Below are positions 43,903-56,103 of a DNA stretch of 64,000 nt, piece after piece (position 1 is the stretch's first letter; each line of letters starts with the position of its first letter). Under the pieces are notes generated by a model that did no database searches, was not told the DNA's origin, and saw only the letters and a list, made by a program, of their open reading frames with translations. This DNA is from Amoebidium appalachense. Its lineage: Eukaryota > Protista > Ichthyosporea. Made by a program: the position numbers and the translations under genes. The stretch lies in assembly GCA_963693365.1 (NCBI GenBank), contig CAVNZM010000007.1, positions 3,500,159 to 3,564,158 of the forward strand. Direction: 5' to 3'.

Positions 43903-44860
43903 GGGTATGTGACGGTGGAAAATTTAAGTTGCATATTTTATCCCACTTGAAATCATCGCGCGCAGGACACTTACAGCCTCAAAGGAGCCACCGTCTCCTT
44001 ATACACACTAATGTACAGTGTACCACTGTAAGAGGTTCCATTATTAGTCGCTAAATACACCACTAATGGTCTAACATATTCACCGTGTTTTGGGGGGGGG
44101 GGGGGGGGTGGCATTTCATGGTGCTGTTTCGGAGTGGTAGGGGTAGAAGTGATAGTGCTGGTGTTATGGGGAAGGGGATTCTTGGGGGGGGGGGGGGGGG
44201 GGGAGGAAGGGGGAGGGGGGGGGGGGGGGGGGGATCAAAGAGGCCCGTGAGATAGTCCGTACATGAGATGTTACAGTACATGTTACTGAGCCACGTTCTG
44301 GTGGAGCCATGGGTATGTGTGTGGAGATTTTATTCCATATTTTATGCTTCTAAGCCGTTTGAAATTCACGCGCGTAGGACGCTTTAACCGCAAAGGAGCC
44401 ACCGTCTCCCAATACACATCAATGTACAATGTACTAAGAGGTTCCCTTATTAATCGCTAACACAACACTCATTGAAACATCCGTAAAATTTAACCCGGGG
44501 CAGCACCCCATTGTGAGCGGGTCAGGTACGTGATTCGTACGTAGGGGAGGAGGGAACAGAGAGAGACAGGGGTGGCATTTCATGGTGGTGTCACGGGCGG
44601 TAGGGCTAGAAGTGATAGTGCTGGTGTTTTTTGGGGGGGGGGGAGGGGGCCCCAGGGGGGGGGGGGGAGCAGGGGTACCGGTAGCAGCATATCAGGGTGG
44701 TGTTATGGGTTGGATGGGGTGGTGGTGGTGGTGGTGGTGGTGGGGTTGGGATTTGGGGGGGGGGGGGGGGGGGGGATCAAAGAGCCCTGTGAGATCGTCC
44801 GCTCTGACATAGAGATAGTTATTTTACTCAGCCACATGATAGTGCCACATGCAGTGGGGG
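43903..44860. repeat. Diverged tandem duplication, two units of about 400-550 bp
   Basis: Shared blocks CAAAGGAGCCACCGTCTCC, GTGGCATTTCATGGTG...AGAAGTGATAGTGCTGGTGTT and GGATCAAAGAG each occur twice in the same order. Confidence 0.7.
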
Positions 44861-45012
44861 AACTATGCTTGTTCATGCAGTGGATATTTGTTTGGTTTCC
44901 GTTACATTGGGTAAGATATACAGGGGCATTGATCAGTCAGTCGGGCCAAGCGTTACGTGTCACATGCCTGCCACATCAAGAAGAAATCATACTAAACGGA
45001 TTGCTACCCCTC

Positions 45013-45043
<31 letters not shown>

Positions 45044-45525
45044 ACTGAAAGACACAAAGTAGGGAGACCACACATTATAAGCTGCATATTACAGTATAGT
45101 TATGATTAGAACTTTCATAGAACTTACGATACATCTCGAGGCAAAAAAAGCTCATCATCCAAAGGAAAAACCCCCTATGTACAACCACTCCACCCAGAAA
45201 AAGGGAGCGGGGGGGGGGGGGGGGGAGCATCTTTGTTAAACGAATATATTTGTTGGCTTAAACGTAGTAGCCATTCTTACATATTCTAGAAGAACATGCA
45301 CGCTAAAAGTCTAACCAGGCAGGAAACTCTGTCTACACCACAGCGGCTGGGTCTTAAATGCATGTTAGGCTGCAAGCAGTACTATCGAGGAGCAAACTTT
45401 CGTTGATGAAATCATTAATTGCCTTACGCGACGCAGGATATGGCCCACAAACGGCCTGAAATCTATCATCGAGTAGAGTAACACAAAAAAACAGGTTGCC
45501 GTGCACATGCGGGCGGACGAGTTTA

Positions 45526-47691
45526 ATTTTGGAAATTATTGACATAAATATTTTTCTGGTAAACACGTAGGATGGTGTCCAATATCAACAGGCTTCGTTT
45601 CATGTTTTAGCAGTTCGCGTTCGGCGGCCCGCATACGGGCACCTATAGCCGATCAAAACATCAGATTCCACAGATCACTAGACCAAGTTTGATTGCCAGG
45701 AAATCAACACTAATCTGATGCTCAGTTCGGTAGCTAGGTATATAAGCCGAAGATAGCAGATCAGCAAGCAACAAACACATCTTCTGTGTTTAGCACCTAC
45801 AGCTTTACAGCTATATTTTCTTTCGGCCACCTGCGCGGCCCCCTCTCCCCGGCCCAATTCTTTGACGAATTTCCGGTCCACCGTTCCTCCCCCATCGGCG
45901 CCGTTACCAAGAAAGGAACCCCCCAAGTACCGTCGAATCCACCACCTCTCCTGGCCCCGGGTAGCAGTGTCAATGAGCATCACCTACCCCGACGAACTTC
46001 AGTCTTCGCGCCCGGGATGTCACCCAGCTCATTCTCGACGCAGGCCCCGGCTGCTACATGGCCGTGGCAGATGTGCAGGCTGCCTTCCGGCACATGCCCA
46101 TCCGACCAGAAGACCATCACTTAATGGCATTCAAATGGCAGGGGCATTTTTACGTTGAAACCAGACTGCCCTTCGGCCTGAAATCTAGCCCAGCCATTTG
46201 GGAACGGATCGCGGCCACCCTAAGGCAGTGGCTGGCACACCAGCACGGTATTACCCTCATCCGCCACTACGTGGACGACTGGATTATAGTCGCCCCCACA
46301 CAAGAGCAGTGCCAACGTCACCTATCCACCTTCCTGCAACTCTGCCGAGAGCTGCACATTGCCATCTCCGAAGACAAGATGCAGGGCCCGGCTACCCGTG
46401 TCGTCTTCATCGGTATCGAATCGACTCCATCGCCATGGAGGCACGAATCCCGGCTTCCAAGCTCTCGGACCTACTCGACCTCACTTCCCACCCAAAGCCC
46501 ACCATCACCATTCGGGACCTCCAGTCCCTCCTCGGCAAACTCACCTGGTGTGCCCAGCTGGTTCCCCCGGGAGGGCCTTCTCCCAGCGCCTATGGGCCCT
46601 TCTCCGGACCCACCCACACCTTGCCGGCCACCACCACATACGACTGACTGCTGCCGCCCGGGCCGACATAGCCGAATGGCACCAGTTCTTCACATCATGG
46701 AATGGGGTGCACCTCATCACACCCCCCACATACACCACCCTGGCCACCGATGCTGCCGGATCGGTGGGCCTAGGAGGCCACTGGATCGACCAATGGTTCT
46801 TCATGCCCTGGTCCCCCTCCACCCAAGCCCTCTATGCTCATGAGGGTAAACTCGGTTCTTCCGTCATCGAACTCCTGGCCATCGCAGCCGCCGTGGCCCT
46901 CTGGGCCCCCTCCTGGTCCACCCACCATGTCCGTATTTTATGCGACAACACGGGTGCTGTGTCTGACCTGCACTCCCGGTCTTCCCCCCACCCCGTGATG
47001 GCCAAACTTATTCGGTTCATCACCCGCATGGAAATGCAATACCAATTTACGTTACAGGCATCCTACCTACCAGGACCCCTCAACCATCTGGCCGATGCCA
47101 TTTCTCGTAACCAACTTCCCCGGGCCCGACGACTCCGACCGTCCCTGCAACCGGAGCCCTGCCCCTTCCCCTCCTGGGTCCACGAGTTCCTATCCCTTCC
47201 CTTGGGCTAACCCCCCCCCACCCCCCCCCCCCCAGATCTCCCGTTCCGGAGCAACGCTGGCAGATTGGCCCCCCACTTTGCTCCGGCCGTGCTGCTTCGT
47301 GCCACCACTACCCTCCAGGAATGCCAGGCCCTGAGTCTCAACCTCGACTCTCGGGCCTTTTACTCCCGGGTGCAAAAAGTGTTCATCGATTTCTGTGTGG
47401 CACCTCGGCTGCAATCCTCCTCCGGGTCCTCCCTCCCGGCCTCCCCACACACCGTGCAACTTTCTCGCCTGGTGTGCCCAACGAGGGGTACAGGCCTCTT
47501 CCTTAACCGGCTACAATCGGCCATCACCAGGCTCCACCTCGACATGGGCCTCCCTGCTCCCTACCCCCACGACAAGTCTCTGGCCTGGTTCCTACGGGGG
47601 TGGGCAGATGGCAGCTCTCACAACATCCGACCCCGCTCATCCACCAGGGAACCCCTCCTGCCCTCCCACCTCAGCCTACTCCATGGCCAGT
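45526..47691 (+). mobile_element. YR retrotransposon copy Ng-4, internally deleted and frameshifted
   Basis: Diverged A1 joined at about 45822 directly to mid-RT (TCGGCCACCTGCG); RT/RH ends 47210; YR 5' part to 47691. Confidence 0.88.
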
Positions 47692-47961
47692 TGTTGTTTT
47701 TGTACGGGTAAGGGAGCAGAGTGAAGAGAGAGATAACACATTAATGAGAGGGCAATCGGAGTTGTTCAGAGAATTGAAAGATTTCAAACAACAACTGATT
47801 CTTTATTGTGCTCTCGGTTCCCTTTGTACTTGCGACTTATCACCTTATCACAACTAAAGAGGGAGAACCAATCGGTTCTATCAGAAGATAGAAAAACACA
47901 TTCCGACAGAGCATACGCATTCCAACTTTCGATTAAACTAAAGTTTAGAAACTCTTACTTA
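47692..47961 (-). repeat. Fragment of a Copia-2 LTR (3' end), reverse orientation
   Basis: Reverse complement of about 18340-18630, starting exactly at the LTR terminus TGTTGTTTTTGTACGGG. Confidence 0.9.
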
Positions 47962-49897
47962 GGTTTTATTTGTGGAAATTATTGACATAAATATTTTTCT
48001 GGGTAAACACGTAGGATGGGTGTTCGATACCAACATAACCATGTAGGCTTCATTTCGTGTTTTAGCAGTTAGCGGTTGGCTGCCCACACACGGGCACCTA
48101 TTAGCCAGTCAAAACATCAGATACCACAGATCACTAGACCGTGTTATGATTGGCTCGGATCAGATTTCACATATCACTAGATCGATTTTTGATTGGCTCA
48201 GATCGGTAGGCTTAGGCATATAAGCACGACAGTTTTTAGCAGATCAGCAAGCTACAAACACATCTTCTGTGTTTAGCATCCACAGCCTTACAGCTATATA
48301 TTCCTTTTCATTCTCCCTATCTTTCCCTACGCCGGTCAGCATGCCGCCGAAAAAGCGCCAGGCCTCAGCCGCCGCCCCTGCCGCGGCACCTAAGCGCCTG
48401 ACCCGCAGCGACCTCCGCCACAGGCTGACCAACGCTCCCGCGGACACTGACGCGCCTCCAGCGGCCCATACCACCACGGACCCGGAACCGCCGGCTACTC
48501 TCCCCTCCCCTCCTGAAGTCCCCCCTCAGGCCCCGCCGTCCCCGCAGATGACTTCTCAAGACGCCGTCCTGGCCGCCCTCATCGCCATCAGCACCCAGAT
48601 GGCTGGCGTTCTGGCTGCTCTCACCAACCGCGACCCTCCCGCGCCCCCCCCCCGCGCCCTCCACACCCGGGGAGGTTTCCCCGGGGCTGCATCTCGGCCC
48701 TGACCTAGACCTACCTGCCCTGCCCGCGCCCCCCATCACAGGTGAGAACACTGGCGACATTCAGCCGGGCACACTCCCGCTTCCCCCCGCGGATGTGCTG
48801 GCAGATTTGCGCGCCAATCGTTTCGTCGACCTGTATAAGTTCACCCCCGCCGCCCTCCTGGCCCCATCCAAGAAAGGTCAGCATCTGCGCATGGCCGACG
48901 ACGGCAGCATCGAGACTTTTCGCCAAGACAAACCCGTTCCCCTGCGTTCACTCGTCATTTGGATCCAAGCTTGGACCCATTACATGGCCGCCAAGCACCA
49001 CCTCGGCCTCCCCACGGACAAAGACGTACTTTGGACTCAACACATCACTCGCCTCAGCACCCGATACCCGTGGGCCCAGATCCACAACTATGACGTATAC
49101 GCCCCCACCGTTGCCCACCAGCAGGGTCGGGCTCCGATCGAGTGTCCCAACCTGCTCGCCCAACTCCACCAGGATCTCCTCCTGCCACCCACCCACTCTG
49201 CTCATCCCGGACGCATGTCAGCGCTGTGGCTTCCCCGACCACCCCAGCGCGGCCTGCCCCATGTACCCCAAGCCCGGCTGTGGTCTTGACGGCTTTAAGC
49301 CGCCCCACAAGCCCGGCGGGGGGTCAAACCCCTAACCGCCCTGGCCCGCAACCCGGCCCGGCAAAACCGGCCCGACCCGTGGATCTACCCGCGACGCACT
49401 GCAGGAATTTCCACATTAACGGTCGGTCCTGCGCTAAGCAGCCCTGCCCCTTCTCCCACGTGTGCCCGCTCTGCTCTGGCACACACCCCTGCAAAGACTG
49501 CAAGCACAATGCCTAGTCTACGCGCACACCCACACACACAGCTAGAACATAGGGGTTAGGAGCTAGGACACACGAGTACAGGGAAACGGAGCTCGGGAGA
49601 ACGGGCCAATAGGGCTGAGTACAAAATTTCGCAGGCCAACTACGGCGCCCGCGCGCCTCAAGAATAAATGTCCCTACACAAAGACGTTTATTCTGGCCCC
49701 TGCACATAATTTTACTCCCCCCCATCCCACGAGCCTCCCCCCCCCCTTACACTCACCTAGCACTCCCTCCCCCCCTTCTTCTACCTCTGTGTCCGCCCAC
49801 ACCCCCGCGTGCAGTGCTCGGGCACATTCCCCTGCACAGGGCCCCGCTGCCCTCCCTGCCAACCCTCACTTGGGCCCAGCTGCCCTACTCTAACCCG
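47962..49897 (+). mobile_element. YR retrotransposon copy Ng-5a (A1, frameshifted gag 48341-49516, spacer), 3'-truncated
   Basis: Matches Ng-3; ends at CTACTCTAACCCGGG. Confidence 0.9.
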
Positions 49898-50718
49898 GGA
49901 GTGTGCCCGGCTGAATGTCGCCAGTGTTCTCACCTGTGATGGGGGGCGCGGGCAGGGCACTGGCAGGTAGGTCTAGGTCAGGGCCGAGATGCAGCCCCGG
50001 GGAAACCTCCCCGGGTGTGGAGGGCGCGGCGGGGGGCGCGGGAGGGTCGCGGTTGGTGAGAGCAGCCAGGACGCCAGCCATCTGGGTGCTGATGGCGGTG
50101 AGGGCGGCCAGGACGGCGTCTTGAGAAGTCATCTGCGGGGACGGCGGGGCCTGAGGGGGGACTTCAGGAGTGGAGGGGAGAGTAGCCGGCGGGTCCGGGT
50201 CCGTGGTGGTATGGGCCGCTGGAGGCGCGTCAGTGTCCGCGGGAGCGTTGGTCAGCCTGTGGGGGAGGTCGCTGCGGGTCAGGCGCTTAGGTGCCGCGGC
50301 AGGGGCGGCTGCTGAGGCCTGGCGCTTTTTCGGCGGCATGCTGACCGGCGTAGGGAAAGATAGGGAGAATGAAAAGGAATATATAGCTGTAAGGCTGTGG
50401 ATGCTAAACACAGAAGATGTGTTTGTAGCTTGCTGATCTGCTAAGAACTGTCGTGCTTATATACCTAAGCCTACCGATCTGAGCCAATCAAAAATCGATC
50501 TAGTGATATGTGAAATCTGATCCGAGCCAATCATAACTCGGTCTAGTGATCTGTGGTATCTGATGTTTTGACTGGCTAATAGGTGCCCGTGTGCGGGCAG
50601 CCAACCGCTAACTGCTAAAACACGAAATGAAGCCTACATGGTTATGTTGGTATCGAACACCCATCCTACGTGTTTACCCAGAAAAATATTTATGTCAATA
50701 ATTTCCACAAATAAAACC
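49896..50718 (-). mobile_element. YR retrotransposon copy Ng-5b (A1 and 5' gag), inverted and fused to Ng-5a
   Basis: A1 about 50370-50718; gag MPPKKRQ...QPGTLP in ORF 49890-50411. Confidence 0.9.
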
Positions 50719-51731
50719 AATATGTATTCTATATTAGAAATGATATTGATTGTATACCACTTCTATATATACCTATATAGGTATCTGAATATATAAATGA
50801 TGTCTATATGGATATCTCTCTATCTATTCACCCCCCCCCCCCCCCCGGTTCCCCACCTCCCCCCCCCCCCCTCTCCCCCCCCCCGTTTCCCCCCCCCCCC
50901 CCCCCGTTGGGATGGTGACACATGTTCTATGACGGCTGCACACTTAAGGTTTTTCTTTAATTAATCATGCTCTCCAGGAGCATGTGACACAAACGCTATT
51001 ATCCAACTTCCAAACTTCTACATTTTCTATCGTATCAACATGCGCGTTTATAACTTCTACAAGAATAATTGCTTATTTAGTTGATTTCTAACCATAATAC
51101 AATGACAACTACTTAGTCTAGTACTCCAATCTTTGCTCGTCGCCTTATTCCCCGCAGACTCTCTTGTGGCACTGATTCTTGTTCCTCGCTGTGGCTGTGG
51201 CTGCTGACGTCCTCAGGGTCGTTACTGGGTGGTGGGTCAATCACATGGCACTCCGTCAACACGCATGTCCTCGAGCTGCTCCCGCGTGGGGGGGGGGGTG
51301 GGGGGGGGGGGGGTTAGTACATGTCATTCCCTCCCCTCGTGCAATTTGTAATAGGATATGGTTGCTGGAAGCCTCGACGTAACCCTTTACAAGTATAACG
51401 ACTACTAAGGGATACATTGAGAACCAAAATACATTATTGTGCATACACACCCGATCCCACTCACACCTACATGTGCGCACATACAGAGAGATGGGGGGGA
51501 AGGAGAGGTGGGAGAACAGGCGTTTTGGGGGGGGGGGGGGGGGGGGATGGTGATCAAGAATATATAACAATGTTTATACAAATATAGCACACACACACAC
51601 ACACTGATGCACACTACACCCACACACACAGAACACGATGCACCAAAGTAACCAAGTGAGTGGGAAGAGAGATCAGCAAACAGCAAATTAGTTTATATAG
51701 AACTTAAGGCAAGGTGGATGGGAAGCTGTGT

Positions 51732-51780
<49 letters not shown>

Positions 51781-53597
51781 TTTCTTTTTTTTTTTTTTGG
51801 AGGGGGGGGGGGGGGGGGGTACCAGTGTCGTGGAATTGTTATGTCGGAAGTCGAGGTTGGCAGTCATGTACCAGCACCGAACAATCTTGCGGTCAGCCAT
51901 GTGCGCTGCTGCTGCTTGCTAGAAGACTCACCCGAGGGCACCATCTCCCACCTGCACGGGGAAAGTGAAGCGTGACCAGTGAGAAGGAGGAAAAGTGAGA
52001 GGCAGTTTGAAACAGGAAATAAGGGGAATAACCTGGTCCATTATGTTATAGCTGAAAAGTTTGTTTTTTTTTTTGGGCGGGGGGGGGGGGGGGGGGGGGG
52101 ACAAAACGCCCATGAGGTTTAACACGAAAACATCAAAAGGACAGAATCTTACATTGTCATACCTACAGCAGCACTCTAAACTTTCGATGCAAGCAAGTGG
52201 TTACCGACTAACCTCGTATGTGTCAGTGGGGTACGTTGCGTGCAACGTGTAGGAGTGGGCGCTAACAGACCTTATCACACAGGTAAAAAGTCAAACGTGC
52301 ACATGTCATGATAGATGGGTGCCCCACTACGCATGCTGGGCAATAAGGACGGCACACATTTGTTAAAACAATGAAACAAAGGAGGGCATAACCTTCCAAC
52401 AATGGTTGCCGAGAAGTTTTGTATGCACCAGCCCTTATGAACTAAGAGACTTGTAGAAACTGCCGAAAACATGGCTTGGCACACAATGATGCAGAATGCG
52501 CGCTTTTTGCCCTGTGTTTACCTGCACAAAACTAAAAGTGCTGACAGGCTGACCTACAGAAGAGCTCAACCACTATACCATAAACGATAAGTGCAAGGTC
52601 CCTTAGGGCTCTTTATTGCAAGAGCGTTTTCACAAAAAGCGGCATTGCCAAGAACCAACATCAAAAGGTGCCAGCCCAAGCTGGGCATAACCCAGGCAGT
52701 AAAAACCTACCTCCTTGCTGCTCGGTTTAGAAGCTGTCATTCTAAAAGCAAGCGACCGTTAGCCTCTGTCAGAGAGGATGGTGCCTCTGTCAGAGAGGAT
52801 GGTGCCCTGCATGTGAAAGAGGAGAGCAAAGGTGAAAATAACTCTTGAAAGTATCATCCTGTTATGCAGATGTGAGCACAGAGGGCACAAAAAAGCTGCA
52901 GTGTGACAGAAAGTAAAACTGCGACAGCATGCACCAGTTGCGGCAGGAAAGACCAAGAAGAAAGGAGGGCTACAGCAAGGAAGAAAAGCAAGAATAGAAC
53001 GTTGCACAGAAGCCCAGTCCTTCAGCAAACAGGTAGACGCAACAGTCGCATAAGCATCTGTACTAACCTGCACAGCCTGTAGCTCTGAAAACATCATCTA
53101 GTTAGCTTACAAGCCACGGGTGCAACTGAAAGGAGTTACAGCTCAGACTTCTTGAACAGCGGAAGTGCAAGTGAAAACTGACCTCCGAAGGGTGGGAAAA
53201 AAACTGTCATAACGGACAATCATTAATGATTGGAGAAGACCAATCAAGAAACAGGAGCATAATCGGATTATCCATAATGTGACTAATGAATACCAATCAC
53301 ACAGCCGAACAAAAATCGGTTCAATCTATTATCATTAATCAGATTACAAAACACCAATCACGCAGCAGGACAAGCATGGTGGTTCGAATCCGATGAGTCA
53401 AGCCGATAATCCCTCCATGTGTTCTACATACATCAAAGTTGGGTTTTATTTGTGGAAATTATTGACATAAATATTTTTCTGGGTAAACACGTAGGATGGG
53501 TGTTCGATACCAACATAACCATGTAGGCTTCATTTCGTGTTTTAGCAGTTAGCGGTTGGCTGCCCGCACACGGGCACCTATTAGCCAGTCAAAACAT

Positions 53598-53703
53598 CAG
53601 ATACCACAGATCACTAGACCGAGTTATGATTGGCTCGGATCAGATTTCACATATCACTAGATCGATTTTTGATTGGCTCAGATCGGTAGGCTTAGGTATA
53701 TAA
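53598..53703 (+). promoter_or_regulatory. Putative Pol II promoter in repeat A: two tandem 43-bp units each with an inverted CCAAT box, then TATATAA
   Basis: CAGATACCAC...GATTGGCTCGGAT / CAGATTTCAC...GATTGGCTCAGAT, TATATAA at 53697-53703; about 120 nt upstream of the gag ATG in copies with intact gag starts. Confidence 0.7.
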
Positions 53704-54240
53704 GCACGACAGTTCTTAGCAGATCAGCAAGCTACAAACACATCTTCTGTGTTTAGCATCCACAGCCTTACAGCTATATATTTGGCCAACCGGCCCGACC
53801 CGTAGATCTACCCGCGACGCACTGCAGGAATTTCCACATTAACGGTCGGTCCTGCGCTAAGCAGCCCTGCCCCTTCTCCCACGTGTGCCCGCTCTGCTCT
53901 GGCACACACCCCCGCAAAGACTGCAAGCACAATGCCTAGTCTACGCGCACACCCACACACACAGCTAGAACATAGGGGTTCGGAGCTAGGACACACGAGT
54001 ACAGGGAAACGGAGCTCGGGAGAACGGGCCAATAGGGCTGAGTACAAAATTTCGCAGGCCAACTACGGCGCCCGCGCGCGTCAAGAATAAATGTCCCTAT
54101 ACAAAGACGTTTATTCTGGCCACTGCACATAATTTTACTCCCCCCCCCCCCCATCCCACGAGCCTCCCCCCCCTTACACTCACCTAGCACTCCCTCCCCC
54201 CCCCCCCTTCTTCTACCGCTGTGTCCGCCCACACCCCCGC

Positions 54241-54335
54241 GTGCTCGGGCACATTCCCCTGCACAGGGCCCCGCTGCCCTCCCTGCCAACCCTCACTTGG
54301 GCCAAGCTGCCCTACTCTAACCCCCCGGGGCCCTG

Positions 54336-54387
<52 letters not shown>

Positions 54388-56070
54388 CTGCCGGGATCTC
54401 CCCAAGGGTACACCACCCTTGCTAACCACCCCTTCCCCCGAGGCTCAGACCCGGAGGCCCGCCCGCTGCCCCAGCACCACATTGACACCTCCCGCCTCCG
54501 GGAACTGCTGGCCTCCTACCCGGACCAACCATTCGCCGCACAACTCCTCCACGATGTCGAATTCGGCGTCGACATCGGCTATCGCGGCCCCTCCACCTCT
54601 CGGGTGGGCCCCAACCTACCCACCACCCCGGAGGCAGCTGCCGCTATCACGGTGGATATTGCCAAAGAAGTCGCCCTCGGCCACCTGCGCGGCCCCCTCT
54701 CCCCGGCCCAATTCTTTGACGAATTTCCCGTCCACCGTTCCTCCCCCATCGGCGCCGTTACCAAGAAAGGGAACCCCCCCAAGTACCGTCGAATCCACCA
54801 CCTCTCCTGGCCCCGGGGTAGCAGTGTCAATGACAGCATCACCTACCCCGACGAACTTCAGTACATTCGCGCCCGGGATGTCACCCAACTCATTCTCGAC
54901 GCAGGCCCCGGCTGCTACATGGCCGTGGCAGATGTGCAGGCTGCCTTCCGGCACATGCCCATCCGACCGGAAGACCACCACTTAATGGCATTCAAATGGC
55001 AAGGGCATTTTTACGTTGAAACCAGACTGCCCTTCGGCCTGAAATCTAGCCCAGCCATCTGGGAACGGATCGCGGCCACCCTACAGTGGCTGGCACACCA
55101 GCACGGTATTACCCTCATCCGCCACTACGTAGACGACTGGATTATAGTCGCCCCCACACAAGAGCAGTGCCAACGTCACCTATCCACCTTTCTGCAACTC
55201 TGCCGAGAGCTGCACATTGCCATCTCCGAAGACAAGATGCAGGGCCCGGCTACCCGTGTCGTCTTCATCGGTATCGAATTCGACTCCATCGCCATGGAGG
55301 CACGAATCCCGGCTTCCAAGCTCTCGGACCTACTCGACCTCACTTCCCACCCAAAGCCCACCATCACCATTCGGGACCTCCAGTCCCTCCTCGGCAAACT
55401 CACCTGGTGTGCCCAGCTGGTTCCCCCCGGGAGGGCCTTCTCCCAGCGCCTATGGGCCCTTCTCCGGACCCACCCACACCTTGCCGGCCACCACCACATA
55501 CGACTGACTGCTGCCGCCCGGGCCGACATAGCCGAATGGCACCAGTTCCTCACATCATGGAATGGGGTGCACCTCATCACACCCCCCACATACACCACCC
55601 TGGCCACTGATGCTGCCGGATCGGTGGGTCTAGGTGGCCACTGGCTCGACCAATGGTTCTTCATGCCCTGGTCCCCCTCCACCCAAGCCCTCTATGCTCA
55701 TGAGGGTAAACTCGGTTCTTCCGTCATCGAACTCCTGGCCATCGCAGCCGCCGTGGCCCTCTGGGCCCCCTCCTGGTCCACCCACCATGTCCGTATTTTA
55801 TGCGACAACACGGGTGCTGTGTCTGACCTGCACTCCCGGTCTTCCCCCCACCCCGTGATGGCCAAACTTATTCGGTTCATCACCCGCATGGAAATGCAAT
55901 ACCAATTTACGTTACAGGCATCCTACCTACCAGGACCCCTCAACCATCTGGCCGATGCCATTTCTCGTAACCAACTTCCCCGGGCCCGACGACTCCGACC
56001 TTCCCTGCAACCGGAGCCCTGCCCCTTCCCCTCCTGGGTCCACGAGTTCCTATCCCTTCCCTTGGGCTAC
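54241..56070 (+). CDS. Ng-6 reverse transcriptase/RNase H (usual stop altered, ORF runs on to 56202)
   Basis: Same RT/RH motifs as Ng-1 and Ng-2. Confidence 0.93.
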
Positions 56071-56101
<31 letters not shown>

Positions 56102-56103
56102 AG

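Noticed and set aside
53430-53445. Target-sequence consensus for the YR element
   Set aside because: Flanks at 9107, 25845, 30805, 47962, 50718, 53442 and 57856 show no clear shared motif
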